64,000 bases of DNA from contig JBHGNT010000002.1 of assembly GCA_043228905.1 (NCBI GenBank), forward strand, positions 10,106,001 through 10,170,000, written 5' to 3'. Position 1 is the first letter of the stretch. Each line of letters begins with the position of its first letter. This stretch comes from Azolla caroliniana. Taxonomy: Eukaryota > Plantae > Polypodiophyta. The notes under the pieces are model-generated. The model was given only the letters and a program-made list of their open reading frames with translations. It did no database searches and was not told where the DNA came from. A program made the position numbers and the translations under genes. Of the stretch, positions 48,601 through 61,053 are shown one piece after another.

Positions 48601-51600
48601 GAGAGTTAGAAGGTTGGTTTCTATACTGTGCAGAAAACCTTCTATTTTCTTCTTTTTGTGGCCTAGGGTTCATTGGTCTGTGAGCCATCGTGGTGCCGCA
48701 TGTTCTTGCTTTAGAAATTTGTGCATGCATCAAGTCCTTTTAATAGCGTCGATATCTTCTCTCGTCTTCTTTTTTTTTCTTTTGTAACGGTTACATACAA
48801 TATTATTTTTACACTATAGTACAAGTAGGGTCCTATACTTACTCCACGGATTCACTGGCTTTGTCCTATCCGGCGGGGAACGGGTTAGGTGGCGTAGGCC
48901 CCAGGTAGGGTTTTTAAGCGAAACCCATTCACCTTTTGTCGGAGCACCTCTCCGGCCAAGGTGCCAAGTTGAAACATGCCGTTTTCCACTCCAACTATCC
49001 AGTATAGGCCTGCCTAGCGAAATCTTAATTTTCCTGGCATTTGCCCCATGCATGTTTGAAAAACTAATATGGCCTTCCTAACCGTAAAATCCTTTTCACG
49101 CGCATGCCGATGTCGGTCCATGAATGCTTTGTGCCGCCGTTGTTCTTGTTCCAATATGGCCATACTCCGTATTCGGGTTTCGCCTAGTTCTAGTAGTTGT
49201 TGCAGTCGTATTTGTTCGGATTTGTCCTCTAGTAGCCAGTCTCGTACTTGAATCCGTAGACTGGGTACCTGGAATTCGACTGGCATTACGGCCTCCAGCC
49301 CAAATGCTAGCCTGAAAGACGTGGATTGTATGTTGGTCTTATAGCTGGTTCGATATGCCCATAATACGCTGTGCTATTTGGTATCCCAATCAGTTCTATT
49401 CTCATTGACTATCTTTTTAAGGATAGTTTGTAATGTTTTGTTCGTGGATTCGGCCAAACCATTTGCCTGTGGGCAATACGACGTACTCTTTTTGTGGACC
49501 ACGGTATAGTTTTGGGTCAGTTCGCTGATGATCGTATTCAGAAAGTGACTCCCTTGGTCACTAATGAGCTCAATAGGGTAGCCAAAACGACACGAGATAT
49601 GTTTGTAAAGGAATTTCGCCGTGACTTCCGCGGTATTTTTGCGTAGTGGTTTCGCTTCTACCCACTTGGTGCAGTAATCCGTAGCCACCAAGATATACTT
49701 ATTGCTGGTTCGGGCAGCTGCCGGGGTAAAGGGACCCACAAAATCCAACCCCCACTTTTGGAAAGGATCCAACAGCAACACCGGTTGATGTGGCATTCTC
49801 GCGACTTCCGTGGGCTGGCCCATCCGTTGGCATAAATCACACTGTTTGCAATATTCATACGCATCCTTTTGTGTAGTCGGCCACCAAAGTCCTGCTTGCC
49901 AGATTTTCCGGGCCGTAACATCGGCCGCATAATGTTCTCCCACCATACCGCGTAAAACCGTTGCCTTGTCAACCTCCCGTATTTCACGCCTCCAGATGCC
50001 GTCACTGCCTTTGTGATTAAACAAAAATTACGACTCCGGACGACCTGCCGTTTTTCTCATCCATCCTTAATTGTGGTGGCGGTAATCCCATGGTCAGAAA
50101 GTAGGTCATTTCCATCAACCACCGATCTGGAAAAGTCTTTTCTATTCTTGCTGCTAAAGTTGCTATACGTAGGATGTCCGCATCTGGAAAGTCATCGTCA
50201 TCTTTTTGCGCCATTTCTCCATTATCTAATCTGCCACCGCGTGTTGCGTACCTAGTCGGTGCTCAATTACAAAGTCGAATTCTTGGAGCAGCAGCATCCA
50301 TCTAGTCAATTTTCTTGTCAGTGCCTATTTCCCCAACAGATATAGCAATGTCGTATGATCCACGTGAAACGTGAATTTTCACCCTACCAAATAATGCCGG
50401 AATTGATTGATGTTGTATATCATACCCAACGCTTCACGTTCCATTGTGGAATAGTTACGCTCAACCACTGATAGTTTCCGACTGGCGTAGTACACTAGCC
50501 GGTACCAATTCGGCTCCGTGAGCTGCATCAGTGCACTACCTATTGCTATATCCGAGGCATCCACAAACACGTGAAGTGGTTTCGCTCAATCTGGTGGTTG
50601 TACGACTGGTGCCTTCGTTAGCATTATTTTTAGCGCATCATACGCCTTTCTTCCGTTGATGTCCATTTGAAAGGAGTACGGTTGACGACGACATGTAATG
50701 GTGTGGCGAAATCCACCAAATAGTGTATCATCCGACTGTGCCATCGTATTTGTCCCAGAAACCGGCTGAGTGCTTTGGCATTTGTCGGCGTCTTTGCGTG
50801 AGTAATCGAGGAGATTTTGTTTGGATTGATCGCTATCCCCTCCTTACTGACTAGGTGGCCGAGGAGGGCCTCGCTGGTGACGTCGAAGGTGCATCTAGTA
50901 CGCTCTTGGTGAAAGGTAAAGGGAACGCATTTGTAATGGTTACAACATTCAATTTCCGGTAGTCCACACACACACGTATTTTGCCATTATTCTTTGGTAC
51001 GACTACCATCGGGCTTAGCCATGTAGCTTGCTTGACTAGTCAAATGAATCCGGCCTTGAGAACTTTATCAATTTCCTCTTTTACACGAGCCGCATAATTT
51101 GGATTCATGCGGTATCGAAGCTGTTGGACTGGATTCGCATCGGTCGCTAAATTGATCTTATGTTCATAGAACTTTGGATCTAATCCCTTCATGTCCTCGT
51201 GGGACCAAGCAAAGCCATCTTTATACTTCCTGAGCAGTGCTATCATCGCCTCTCTCTGATCTGGTAGTAACTCTTTTGCGATGGAGAGGAATCGAGGGTT
51301 TGACGTCGTACCTACGTTCACTTCTTCTAGGGCTGAGGCAGCGACTCGTCGTGAAATTTCCATTTCCCTCTTGAACGCCGCTCGTGCTCTGCTTAATTCT
51401 AATATCGACTCTGGGTCTGGTTCATAAGCCTCATCGTGGAGCATAGTAGGCATGGCATAATCCGCCGCGGTTTCTATTATGTCGATTTCGAATAGCGGAA
51501 TGATTCGGGGGTGCTCGTCGAGGTATGCTTCTAATTCTGTATCATCCATCCCATCCAACATATTTATATCTTCCATGTATAACCATGTTATCCCCTTGGG

Positions 51601-52624
51601 TTGGGCCGCCATTTCCTCAGTGGGAACGTGAACCTTCATGCCAGCTCTGTTTGATATTCGCTAAACGAAGCCACGGTCTGCGAAGTAGCATAGGATACGC
51701 TCCTAGGGCGTGGAGGGCGAGGACTACCGCCGAGATGTCGAAGTTATGTCCGCCGATGATGAGGCCTAATTTTCAGATTAAGCCTAAAGGCCTTACTGAG
51801 TGGGTATCCGCCATGCGAAGCCAAAACAGGCTAGCTTCCCATTCTGAAATTCCCAATTGTTCGCATGTTTGACGTATCTCATCTTGCGCGGCCCAATCAA
51901 AATTTTTCGTTTGCTGTCTTGTCGTAACTTGCTGAACGTCCGTCATAATCGTATTGACGGCGGGGCCCTTGCCCTTGCGGAGTGGACATTGAGTGGCATA
52001 ATGTCCGGGCTGTTGGAAAATGAAACAATGGACACTGGATTTGCCTTTCTCGGCAGCTGGTGGCGTTTTCCTATCCCCAGGTATGACCTGCTCCTCCCGG
52101 TCTTGGTTCATTCTTCTGAAAGTGTGAATCGGCTAATTACTAACTACTACCGATACAGAAGAGTGAATGTCGCTACTCAACGTTCTAACAAGGAATTGTG
52201 TTTTACGAACGGAATTATAATATATTAATCGGTAATTACCGTGATCGTTACTTAGTTATAAATTAGGAAGCTTGCTCTTAACAACATAGACAATAGGAAG
52301 AACACAGAATCCGTACAGGATATTCCTAACTTAAACTTATATTACTAAATAAAACGACCTTTCTTACAATGCCTTCGGTTCCCTTTTATAGGTATACCCG
52401 AAGGTCTTTTCTCATCAAGAACTATTCCTACTTACTATCAAGAATTACAAAATTATCTAACTAACTTAGTTCTCTTCATTTACTGCTAAGTCATTGATCC
52501 GAACAGTTGATCCGAACCGACTCCGTTTTCGACGCTTTCCCACTTGTTCAGTAAAACTGACTGTCCGGGTCCGGGTAACACTTGGCACGTCCGTGGGCCA
52601 GGACCTTGTCCAGCGAACCCACGC

Positions 52625-55297
52625 CTATTCCTGTAGCTCTTCATCCGAATCGTTCAGAATATCAAAAATCGAAGGCTCTTCTGGCCTTGGATGTATTCCA
52701 CCTATATTTTCCTCTTCATCTTCATCTTCATCTGTGTCACAGTCGTCATTCGGAGCAGGTTTTGAATGTTGTGATTCGGTTGGCTGCTCTGGTTCACTTC
52801 TTCCGGGAGCTTGAAGACCAGGAGTCTTGCTGGTTCTTTCGGCTTCGATTTTATCCAACTGAACGGAAGTGCCTATATCATTTTTGTCGAATTCTTGCAT
52901 AATACGTTGAATTTCTTCTCTATAAAATGCCGCAATTTCGTCCATATCTTTCATGATATCCTCTTGGATATTGTCAATATCCTTTTGTGCCATTTTAAAA
53001 AAACCTGCACCTTGGACCTGACGGTTATTTTTGTCGGCACGCAATAACTGTAATTCCGCCGCTTGTGCCGTCCATAACTTCCATCCTTGCGCAAGGGATT
53101 CATCGATCATTTTCTTTGCTAGGTTTCGATGTTTCCCTATGATGTGCTGCACTTTGTCCCTAGTGATGCTTGCGACGTATTGGGCGGTTTGCAACTCTTT
53201 CCGTAAATCCGTAATAGTGGTTCGGTTCTCACTTTCAGCTCGCATTAGTTTGGATTCGACTACATATATATCCAGCCGTCTTTGTTCCGATATCTTCCGA
53301 ATTTCGTCCAGTTGTTGTTCGAATGCCGATTTCTCTTTGCTCCATTCCTCCTGCTGTTCCGTAATTCTTCTGTTGACTTCTTCAAGATTCCGCTCTTTTT
53401 CTGTCAATTGACTTTCCTGTGACACTATATACCTTTCGAATTCTTCAATTTGTTCGGTATATGTATGATTGGCCGTCTTAGCTTCTTCTAGATTTTTCTG
53501 TAATTCGTTTATTAATTGATTTTTTTCTTCGAGAACTTTGTATTGACCATTCTGAATGGTTTCTATTTGTTTTTCTAATTCTGTAGTTCGAAATACAGCA
53601 TTGTTGGCCCTTGTTGTTTCTGCTTGACGTGCTTTCTCAGCGTCCTCCAATTTCTGCTGCCATTCTGACTCCGACACCATAAACCGTGCCTGTGTTTCCC
53701 ATTTGTTCAGACTTTCTTTTAGTTCTTTATTTTCTGCCTGTATGTTACAAAACTGATGTTTCAGCACCTCCGCCGATGCTGATACACTTTTGTATCTTTC
53801 AGCCATATCACTGGCTGCTTTGCGTGCCGTTTCATATTCTTTATGAATTTCGACCAGTGCTTCATGTAATGGTGGCATTTCAATAGCCTCCCCTCTATTC
53901 TGTGCACTTCTTTTCCGGCCGATTTTCTCTATCTCTGCTTTTTCTTGAGGTTCCAACACTCCTCGTAAGGCTTTCTGTATCATTATTCGGTCATTATGTT
54001 CTTGAGCCAGCCGTTCTGATACTTCTGTCATTCTTTTAGCCAACCATTCAACCAGTTCGTATGAAGTTCCGAACTGTAAAATGGCAGCTAATTCATGTGC
54101 TGCTGGTGGAATATCCAAGTACCCATGTGCTTCCCGAATTGCTACTTTTGAAGATTGTCCTTGTTGAGGTTGTGTCGAAACGCTCTCATTCCCTGGTTTT
54201 ATTACTTCTGCTACTACAGGCGTATTCGAATTTTCCTTTGTGCGTTGCCTTTTCGGTGCTGACCCCTCACTGTTTTCTGGTTGGAATTGCCGATTAGCCT
54301 TTTGTTTAATCCTTGTCCTTTGTCGCATCTTCTCTGCTTGTTGTCGATTTTCTGTCGGCTGTTGCTTGTTTATCACATTGTCAACTGTTTCTTGTTCGGC
54401 TGCTGGTTGCCTGTTTTCGGAATTCTCTGGTCTTGGTGGTTCTGACTGAGGCATATTTGTTTGTATATTATCGGCATGTGCCAATTCTTCCTCTATCCAT
54501 TCTTCATGTACTACCTGTCGGTGTCTTCGCGGTGCTTGTACTATCGGTGGTCTTCTTGACTGAACAGGAGTTTCCGATTCTTGAATCGGAAACAATACCG
54601 ATATCCAACGACCAAAAATTTGCTTCATCGGTTTTCCTGTTTTTACCCCTTGTAGCTTCTCTCTCAGCGCTTCCCCCGACAATAGTAGCCAGTTGAAATC
54701 CTCTTTTTCGTATGCGGCTATGATAAACCCAGCCCTTTTTTTCGGCATACAATAAAAACGAGGACTGACAAATCCCACCTCTAATAAAAATCTAGCCACT
54801 TCATGGAAAAACTCATCCTTACCTCCATAAGTCTGATATGCTTTTGTCGAGGGTGAGTATTCCCCGAAATACGATTGGAGTGCTTCTGATGAAGGTTTTT
54901 TAACTGCCTCAAAGCCTCCTCTTGGCATCTGTAATGCATTTCGTATTTTCTTTGTGGTGATTTTGGTGATGTCTATTTGTTGTACCAATTCTTCCGCCTG
55001 CGGATGAGGTTCCGCTTCTGCTACTTTGATGAAACCTTGTAAGTTTCTCTCATGAAGCCACAATCGCAGTTCTTCAGACACAGGAATCGGCATGACTTCT
55101 GTGTTTGCTTGTTCTGAATCACTTGTCGATGACGGTTGGAGATCTGCACAGCTTCTGTAGCGATGAAAATCAGAAAAACAGAGTTTGGGCGAACTAGGGC
55201 ACGAAGGCTCAGACTGTTTCGATATCTGCACTCGTTTCTGTTGTTTTGGTGACACAGACGATACAGAAATATGCTTTAAAGATATTAACTTATGCAT
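52625..55297 (-). CDS. Extra ORF (ORF3) of I, 890 aa, unknown function, long coiled coil
   Basis: Uninterrupted ORF between INT and the 3' LTR; homologous blocks in H (48062-48733, 47432-47695). Confidence 0.85.
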   Translation of the reverse strand: MHKLISLKHISVSSVSPKQQKRVQISKQSEPSCPSSPKLCFSDFHRYRSCADLQPSSTSDSEQANTEVMPIPVSEELRLWLHERNLQGFIKVAEAEPHPQAEELVQQIDITKITTKKIRNALQMPRGGFEAVKKPSSEALQSYFGEYSPSTKAYQTYGGKDEFFHEVARFLLEVGFVSPRFYCMPKKRAGFIIAAYEKEDFNWLLLSGEALREKLQGVKTGKPMKQIFGRWISVLFPIQESETPVQSRRPPIVQAPRRHRQVVHEEWIEEELAHADNIQTNMPQSEPPRPENSENRQPAAEQETVDNVINKQQPTENRQQAEKMRQRTRIKQKANRQFQPENSEGSAPKRQRTKENSNTPVVAEVIKPGNESVSTQPQQGQSSKVAIREAHGYLDIPPAAHELAAILQFGTSYELVEWLAKRMTEVSERLAQEHNDRIMIQKALRGVLEPQEKAEIEKIGRKRSAQNRGEAIEMPPLHEALVEIHKEYETARKAASDMAERYKSVSASAEVLKHQFCNIQAENKELKESLNKWETQARFMVSESEWQQKLEDAEKARQAETTRANNAVFRTTELEKQIETIQNGQYKVLEEKNQLINELQKNLEEAKTANHTYTEQIEEFERYIVSQESQLTEKERNLEEVNRRITEQQEEWSKEKSAFEQQLDEIRKISEQRRLDIYVVESKLMRAESENRTTITDLRKELQTAQYVASITRDKVQHIIGKHRNLAKKMIDESLAQGWKLWTAQAAELQLLRADKNNRQVQGAGFFKMAQKDIDNIQEDIMKDMDEIAAFYREEIQRIMQEFDKNDIGTSVQLDKIEAERTSKTPGLQAPGRSEPEQPTESQHSKPAPNDDCDTDEDEDEEENIGGIHPRPEEPSIFDILNDSDEELQE

Positions 55298-55512
55298 GAT
55301 GACTTAAAGAATAGTAATTGCTATTAATGTAGGAATTAATTAGTATTCACTCTTCGTATAGTGGTTGTACTACTTACTAATAATCATGCAATTCCTCTTT
55401 CTATTTATAGTCGATTCAGACTGTTATGGCAAGATTGTATTTCTGCATTTGACAAGAACTATTGAGTGAGTTAGTTAGTTTTTATTTATTTATTTATTTA
55501 TTTATTTATTTT

Positions 55513-58500
55513 TTACTCTTCCGTTTGAATAAACGGATTTACCGGCATATCTCCCAAATACGGTTTAAGCCGGAATCCATTTACCCATTTCGGTAAAACC
55601 TCTCCGGTTAATGATCCCAGCTGATACGTACCATTTTTACTATTAATTATCCATACTGGACCTGTCCATCTATACCGGAGTTTCCCAGGCATAAGTCCCA
55701 TTCTCGTCTGGAATACCAATACCGGTTTCCCAATTTCGAATTGCTCTTCCGATTTCCTTCGATGTCGATTTACGAATGCCTTGATTTGTCTCTGCTTGTG
55801 TTCTAGTGCTGACATTGATTGAATCCGTTCTTCTTCTAATACTAATAAAGCCTCTTTGCGAATCTGCTCCGATTCTATTTCATTTAACTTATTCGTCGCT
55901 TGGATACGAAGTGTCGGAATTTGAAATTCGATCGGCATAACGGCTTCAAGTCCGAATGCCATTCGGAAAGGTGTTGATTTAATGGATGTTTTGTACGAAG
56001 TACGATATGCCCATAATGCACTATTTAACTTTTGATCCCAATCAGTACGATTTTCCTTCACTATCTTCTTTAAAATTGTTTGAATTGTTTTATTTGTCGA
56101 TTCTGCCAATCCATTAGCTTGGGGATAGTAAGGCGTACTTTTCTTATGAACTACGGCATAGTAATTGGTTAATTCGTTAATTAACTTGTTAATAAAATGA
56201 GTGCCTTGATCGCTTACCAATTCTATTGGGCAACCGAATTGACACCATATATTTTCATACAGGAAAATTGTTGTGGATGTTGTTGTATTGTCCCTGAGAG
56301 CTTTTGCTTCAACCCATTTTGTGCAATAGTCAGTCGCAATAATGATATATCGATTACCGGTTCTTGCAGCTGCTGGTTTGAATGGGCCAACAAAATCTAA
56401 GCCCCATTTCTGAAATGGCTCAAGAGGTAAAACCGGTTGAAAAGGCATTCGATCCTTTTCGGTTGGTTGCCCCATTCTTTGACACAAATCGCATTTCTTA
56501 CAGTATTCGTTAGCATCTTTCATCACCGTTGGCCACCATAACCCTCTATTCCATATTTTTCTGGCTGTTGCTTCTCCTGCGTAATGACCGCCAGCAATTC
56601 CACAATGTGACTCTGTTAATATGGCTGATTTTTCAAATTTCCGTACTGCCCTTCGCCATATTCCATCCGCTCCTTTATGATACAACATGTCATTAAATAA
56701 ACAAAAATTCCGACTTCGTACTGCAATTCTTTTTCTTTCATCTGTCGACATGTGTTCGGCCGGAATTCCTGTTGATAGAAATATCGTCATTTCGGAAATC
56801 CATTCATCCTCTTTTTCCTCATTCACTTCTTGTGCTTTTACTGCCTCAACCCGAAATAATTGAGTATCTGGAAAATCATCTTTAACCCCAACCGCTTCTT
56901 CTCCAGACTCAAGCCGACTGAGATAGTCAGCAATCGCGTGCTGTGCTCCTGGTCGATGTATAATGTCGAATTCAAACTCTTGAAGCAATAACGTCCATCT
57001 GGCTAACTTGCCTGTCAATTCTTGTTTGGAAACTAGATACAGTAGAGCCGAATGATCCACATGAAATGTAAATTTCTTACCCAAAAGGTAATGTCGAAAT
57101 TTGTTCACACTATATATCATTCCCAAAGCTTCTCTTTCGGTTGTTGAATAGTTCCTTTCGGCCGACGAAAGTTTCCTACTGGCATAGTATACCGGCCTAT
57201 ACCAGTTTGGTTCGGATAATTGCATTAAAGCACTGCCTATGGCAATGTCCGACGCATAGACGAAAACATGAAATGGTTTGTTCCAGTCCGGTGGTTGAAC
57301 TACCGGAACCTTCGTCAGCATCTTCTTGAGACATTCGTATGCATCTTGTTCTATCCTTGTCCATATAAAAGGAACTTTGTGTACTGCTGTGTGTAACGGA
57401 ATAGCAATGTCTGCTAGATATCTCATCATTCTACTGTGCCACCGAATTTGACCCAAAAATCTACTTAGAGCTTTAGCATTTGTTGGTGGTGTTGCCTCAA
57501 TAATTGCCTTAACTTTGTCTGGGTTCACTGCAATCCCTTCTTGACTAACAATATGCCCAAGTAACGTACCACTCATTACTCCGAATGCGCATTTGGCTGG
57601 ATTTAAGCTAAGACGCCCTTTTCGACATTTTTCTAAACATAGCCGTAAATGCTCAAAATGATCAGCTTTCCGACTATATACTGCAAAATCATCTCAAAAC
57701 ACCTGCATGAAAGCTGGAATATATTCCTCGAATATTTCCTGTATTACCCGCTGAAATGTAGCTGGAGCTGTTTTAAAACCGAACATCATTACTACTGCCA
57801 CAAAGACACCCCATTCTGTGACGAAAGCTGTCTTTTCCTGATCTTCCGGATTCATCCGTACTTGGTTGTACCCACTGAACCCATCCAAGAAACTATAAAT
57901 TTCATGTCCCGCTACTGCATCTAATATCCCATCTGTGAATGGCAACGGAAACGCATCCGTAATTGTCGCTGCATTCAATTTTCTGTAATCCACACATACG
58001 CGAATTTTCCCATTCTTTTTCGGGACTACTACTATCGGACTCAGCCATGTTGATTTTTTGACGGGTCGAATAAATCCTACTTTTAAGAGTTTATCGATTT
58101 CTTCTTTTACTTTGATAGCATAATTCGGATTCAACCTGTACCTGCGTTGTTGTACTGGCTTTGCATCTTTATGCAAATTGATTTGATGTTGACAAAAAGC
58201 GGGATCCAGACCTTTCATATCGTCAAACGACCATGCAAAAACATCTTTATATTTTAATAGTAATGTTGTTAATGTCCGTTTGTCATTTTCCGCCAAGTCT
58301 CTAGCAATCAAGACTGTTTTTCTTTTAGCATCCTCTACTCCTGCCAAATCAATCTCCTCCAATGCTGAGGCTTGCACTCTCTGAGATACCTTCATTTCCT
58401 TATCTGTAGCTTCTTGTTGCATTCGTATTTCTTTCATTGTTTGCTCATCTATTGGCACTTCTTCGTGTGAGTCTACATATGGTGTTAATGCTTGCAAAAT

Positions 58501-61005
58501 ATCTACCTCAAATAGAGGGATGATTTTCTGATTATCATCGAAATACTGACTTTCTTCTTCCTCGTCCAATCCTTCCATCATATTAACTGCTTCTGCATGT
58601 ACAGGTAAACTCTGTTTGCTTGTTGTCACTTTGTTGTGCGTTGGAATCCTGACCTTAGTTTTTCCTTTCCTAAATGTTAGCACATTTTGTTTCCAATTTT
58701 GTTTAATATTAGTTGTCTTTAACCATGGTCTCCCCAATAACAAGGGGTATGCTCCGTGTGTTTCTAATTGCAAAATTACTGCCGAAATCTGAAAACTGTG
58801 TCCCCCGATTATTACATCCAGTTGTCGAAGCAAACCAATCGGTCGTACCGTACTTGTATCTGCCATTCGTAACCAAAACGGACATGCTTCCCATTCCGTG
58901 ATTCCTAGTTTTTCACATGTAGTTTTGTTAATCACATTAACACCCGAGCCTCCATCTATAATCACATTTCCGATTTCTTGCCCGTAAAGTATTACGTTAA
59001 TCGACGGATTCTGTTCATCCATGATCGAAGGGTTATTACTTGGCTGATTGTAGTGTACTGCTATTTGTTCGGAACCTTTATATGCAATTAATGCTGCCAC
59101 TTTTTCTGTAAACCTTGGTACTAACTTAAGTAAGCCCGTAAGTGGTAATGACACTTGGCAATCAGCCAACAGTTTCCAAGTTTCTTCCTGTTCCTTATTC
59201 CCCAATGACTGTTGTACAGTGATGTTCTGGTCAATGTTATTGTCTTGTAACATTCGATTCACATTACTTTGATTTGCTTCATCCACCCATTCTTTTGCCG
59301 CCTTCCGAACTTCTTCCTGAATTTCCCACTCTGATTGTTTGCTTTTGCTGCGTGTCGTTACTTGCTGAACTTCCGGTATTACCATATTAACTGCTGGACC
59401 CTTTCCTTTAACCGGACATTGATTAGCATAATGGCCTAGTTGTCGACAAATATAACAAGTGGGTACAAATGTTGCACTGGTCTCTCCATGTGCAAATTGG
59501 CCGTTATTAAATTGGTGCTCTTCATTACCACTCGGGTTTTGTTGGTATTGACGTGTAGCTTTTGGTTTGTAAAATCTCTTGTTTTTATACCGATTCTGCC
59601 TAAATTGTTCAGTATTATCATTTGGTTGTGCTACATTTTGTGTTATCCCGAACTCCTGATTTGGCGGAAAATTATTCTGTTGAAACATTTGATTATTTTG
59701 TGGAACGGTTTGAGTATTATGTTGAAAGGTCATATTACCCGGTTGAAATGCCGGATTTGGTTGAAATGTAGAATTCGGTTGCACATTCGGACAATTCTGT
59801 TGAAACCCTTGAAATGGTGGGTTACCTTGTTGGAAACTTTGATTATTTTGTTGAAAATATTGATTCGGATTCTATACGAATGGTGGGTTGGATTGAGCAA
59901 AACCTGGTTGAAATGCTTGAGTCACCTGAGTGGGTTGCATATTTTGTTGTGAAAAGATCTGATTTGGCTGTAGAACCGGATTTTGTTGTACATTTTGCTG
60001 ATTTTGTGAAAAATTATTATTTTGATAACCATTGAACAGATTAGTGTTATTTTGGTAACCATTGTCAGTAAAAATTTGTCGTACTGACGCCGTAGTCTTA
60101 TTAAGCAGATTATATTCACATTGTTCTACTGAATGTAATTTTGAATGACATATTGTACAATGTGTTCTTAACGTACATTCAATTGCCGAATGCCCCGTAT
60201 TTAAACAAGTGGTGCATTGAACTGCTTGTCGAAATTGTAACTCCTCTATTGTCGGTAATGTACGGTGTAATGCCGGCATGTCCATACTCTGAACATTGAC
60301 CGGTGGTCGACCCATTTCTATTGCTTTATCAATTACTTGTTCGATAGTCTGATTTCGAAAATCGAACACTTTCAATGTCGTCCTTAATGGTTCTTTTACA
60401 GCTTCCAGAAAGACTTCTTTTAATTCATTATCCGGAATCGGCCTTGAAATCTGAAGCTGTAAGTTCTAAAATCGTATCACAAACTGAGATACTGTTTCAT
60501 TTTTTTCTTGATATAACGCATAAAATTGCGCAATCAAATCCTTCTGCGGAATTTGTTGATGAAATAATTGTAAAAATTTACTAGTTAACACTTCAAAGGA
60601 TGGAAATCCTTGAAGACCGTTCTGCGCAAACCAATTGGCAGAATATCCGTCTAATGATAAGACGAACTCAGCGATTTTTGACTTATCTTCGGCATCTGCC
60701 GACAATCGCTGAGCTCCATGGTTAATCTCCCATGTCGTTAAGAAATCCCTAACATGTGCTTCCGCATCTGTTCCCTCCCGGAACTTAGAATAAGTATAAG
60801 GCATATCGTCCCAAATGTCGTAAAACGATACCTCTTCTGTCTGTTTTTCGTCTGAAGGTAATTGATCGGATAAGTCAGGAAGTTTCGACCACTTTGTGCT
60901 TGATTCCGGCTGTTCTTGCGCAATGAACGCTTCCTGCACTGCCTTCGTAACTGACCTTGTACAAGGGTGCTTACAAGTGACCGGTGTCTCCTCTTTATAC
61001 GACAT
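55513..61005 (-). pseudogene. gag-pol of I in four open segments (60466-61005, 59872-60375, 57694-59784, 55513-57576)
   Basis: Three CCHC knuckles; IIDGGSG (PR); LDGFSGY and MMFG (RT, frameshift at the catalytic FxDD near 57694); EREAL (RH); WGLDFVGP...YYPQANG...WTGP (INT); no chromodomain. Confidence 0.93.
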
Positions 61006-61040
61006 CCATTCGATTTGTTCTCTGCTTAATTGCAGATGTA

Positions 61041-61053
61041 ACCGGGCGTGCCA
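61041..61053 (-). promoter_or_regulatory. Probable PBS of I (tRNA-Arg-like)
   Basis: Minus strand TGGCACGCCCGGT, 11 nt inside the 5' LTR; resembles the complement of plant tRNA-Arg(UCU) 3' end as recalled. Confidence 0.65.

Noticed and set aside
52625-55297. env gene call for ORF3
   Set aside because: Position fits, but no signal peptide, transmembrane helix or furin/fusion motif is visible
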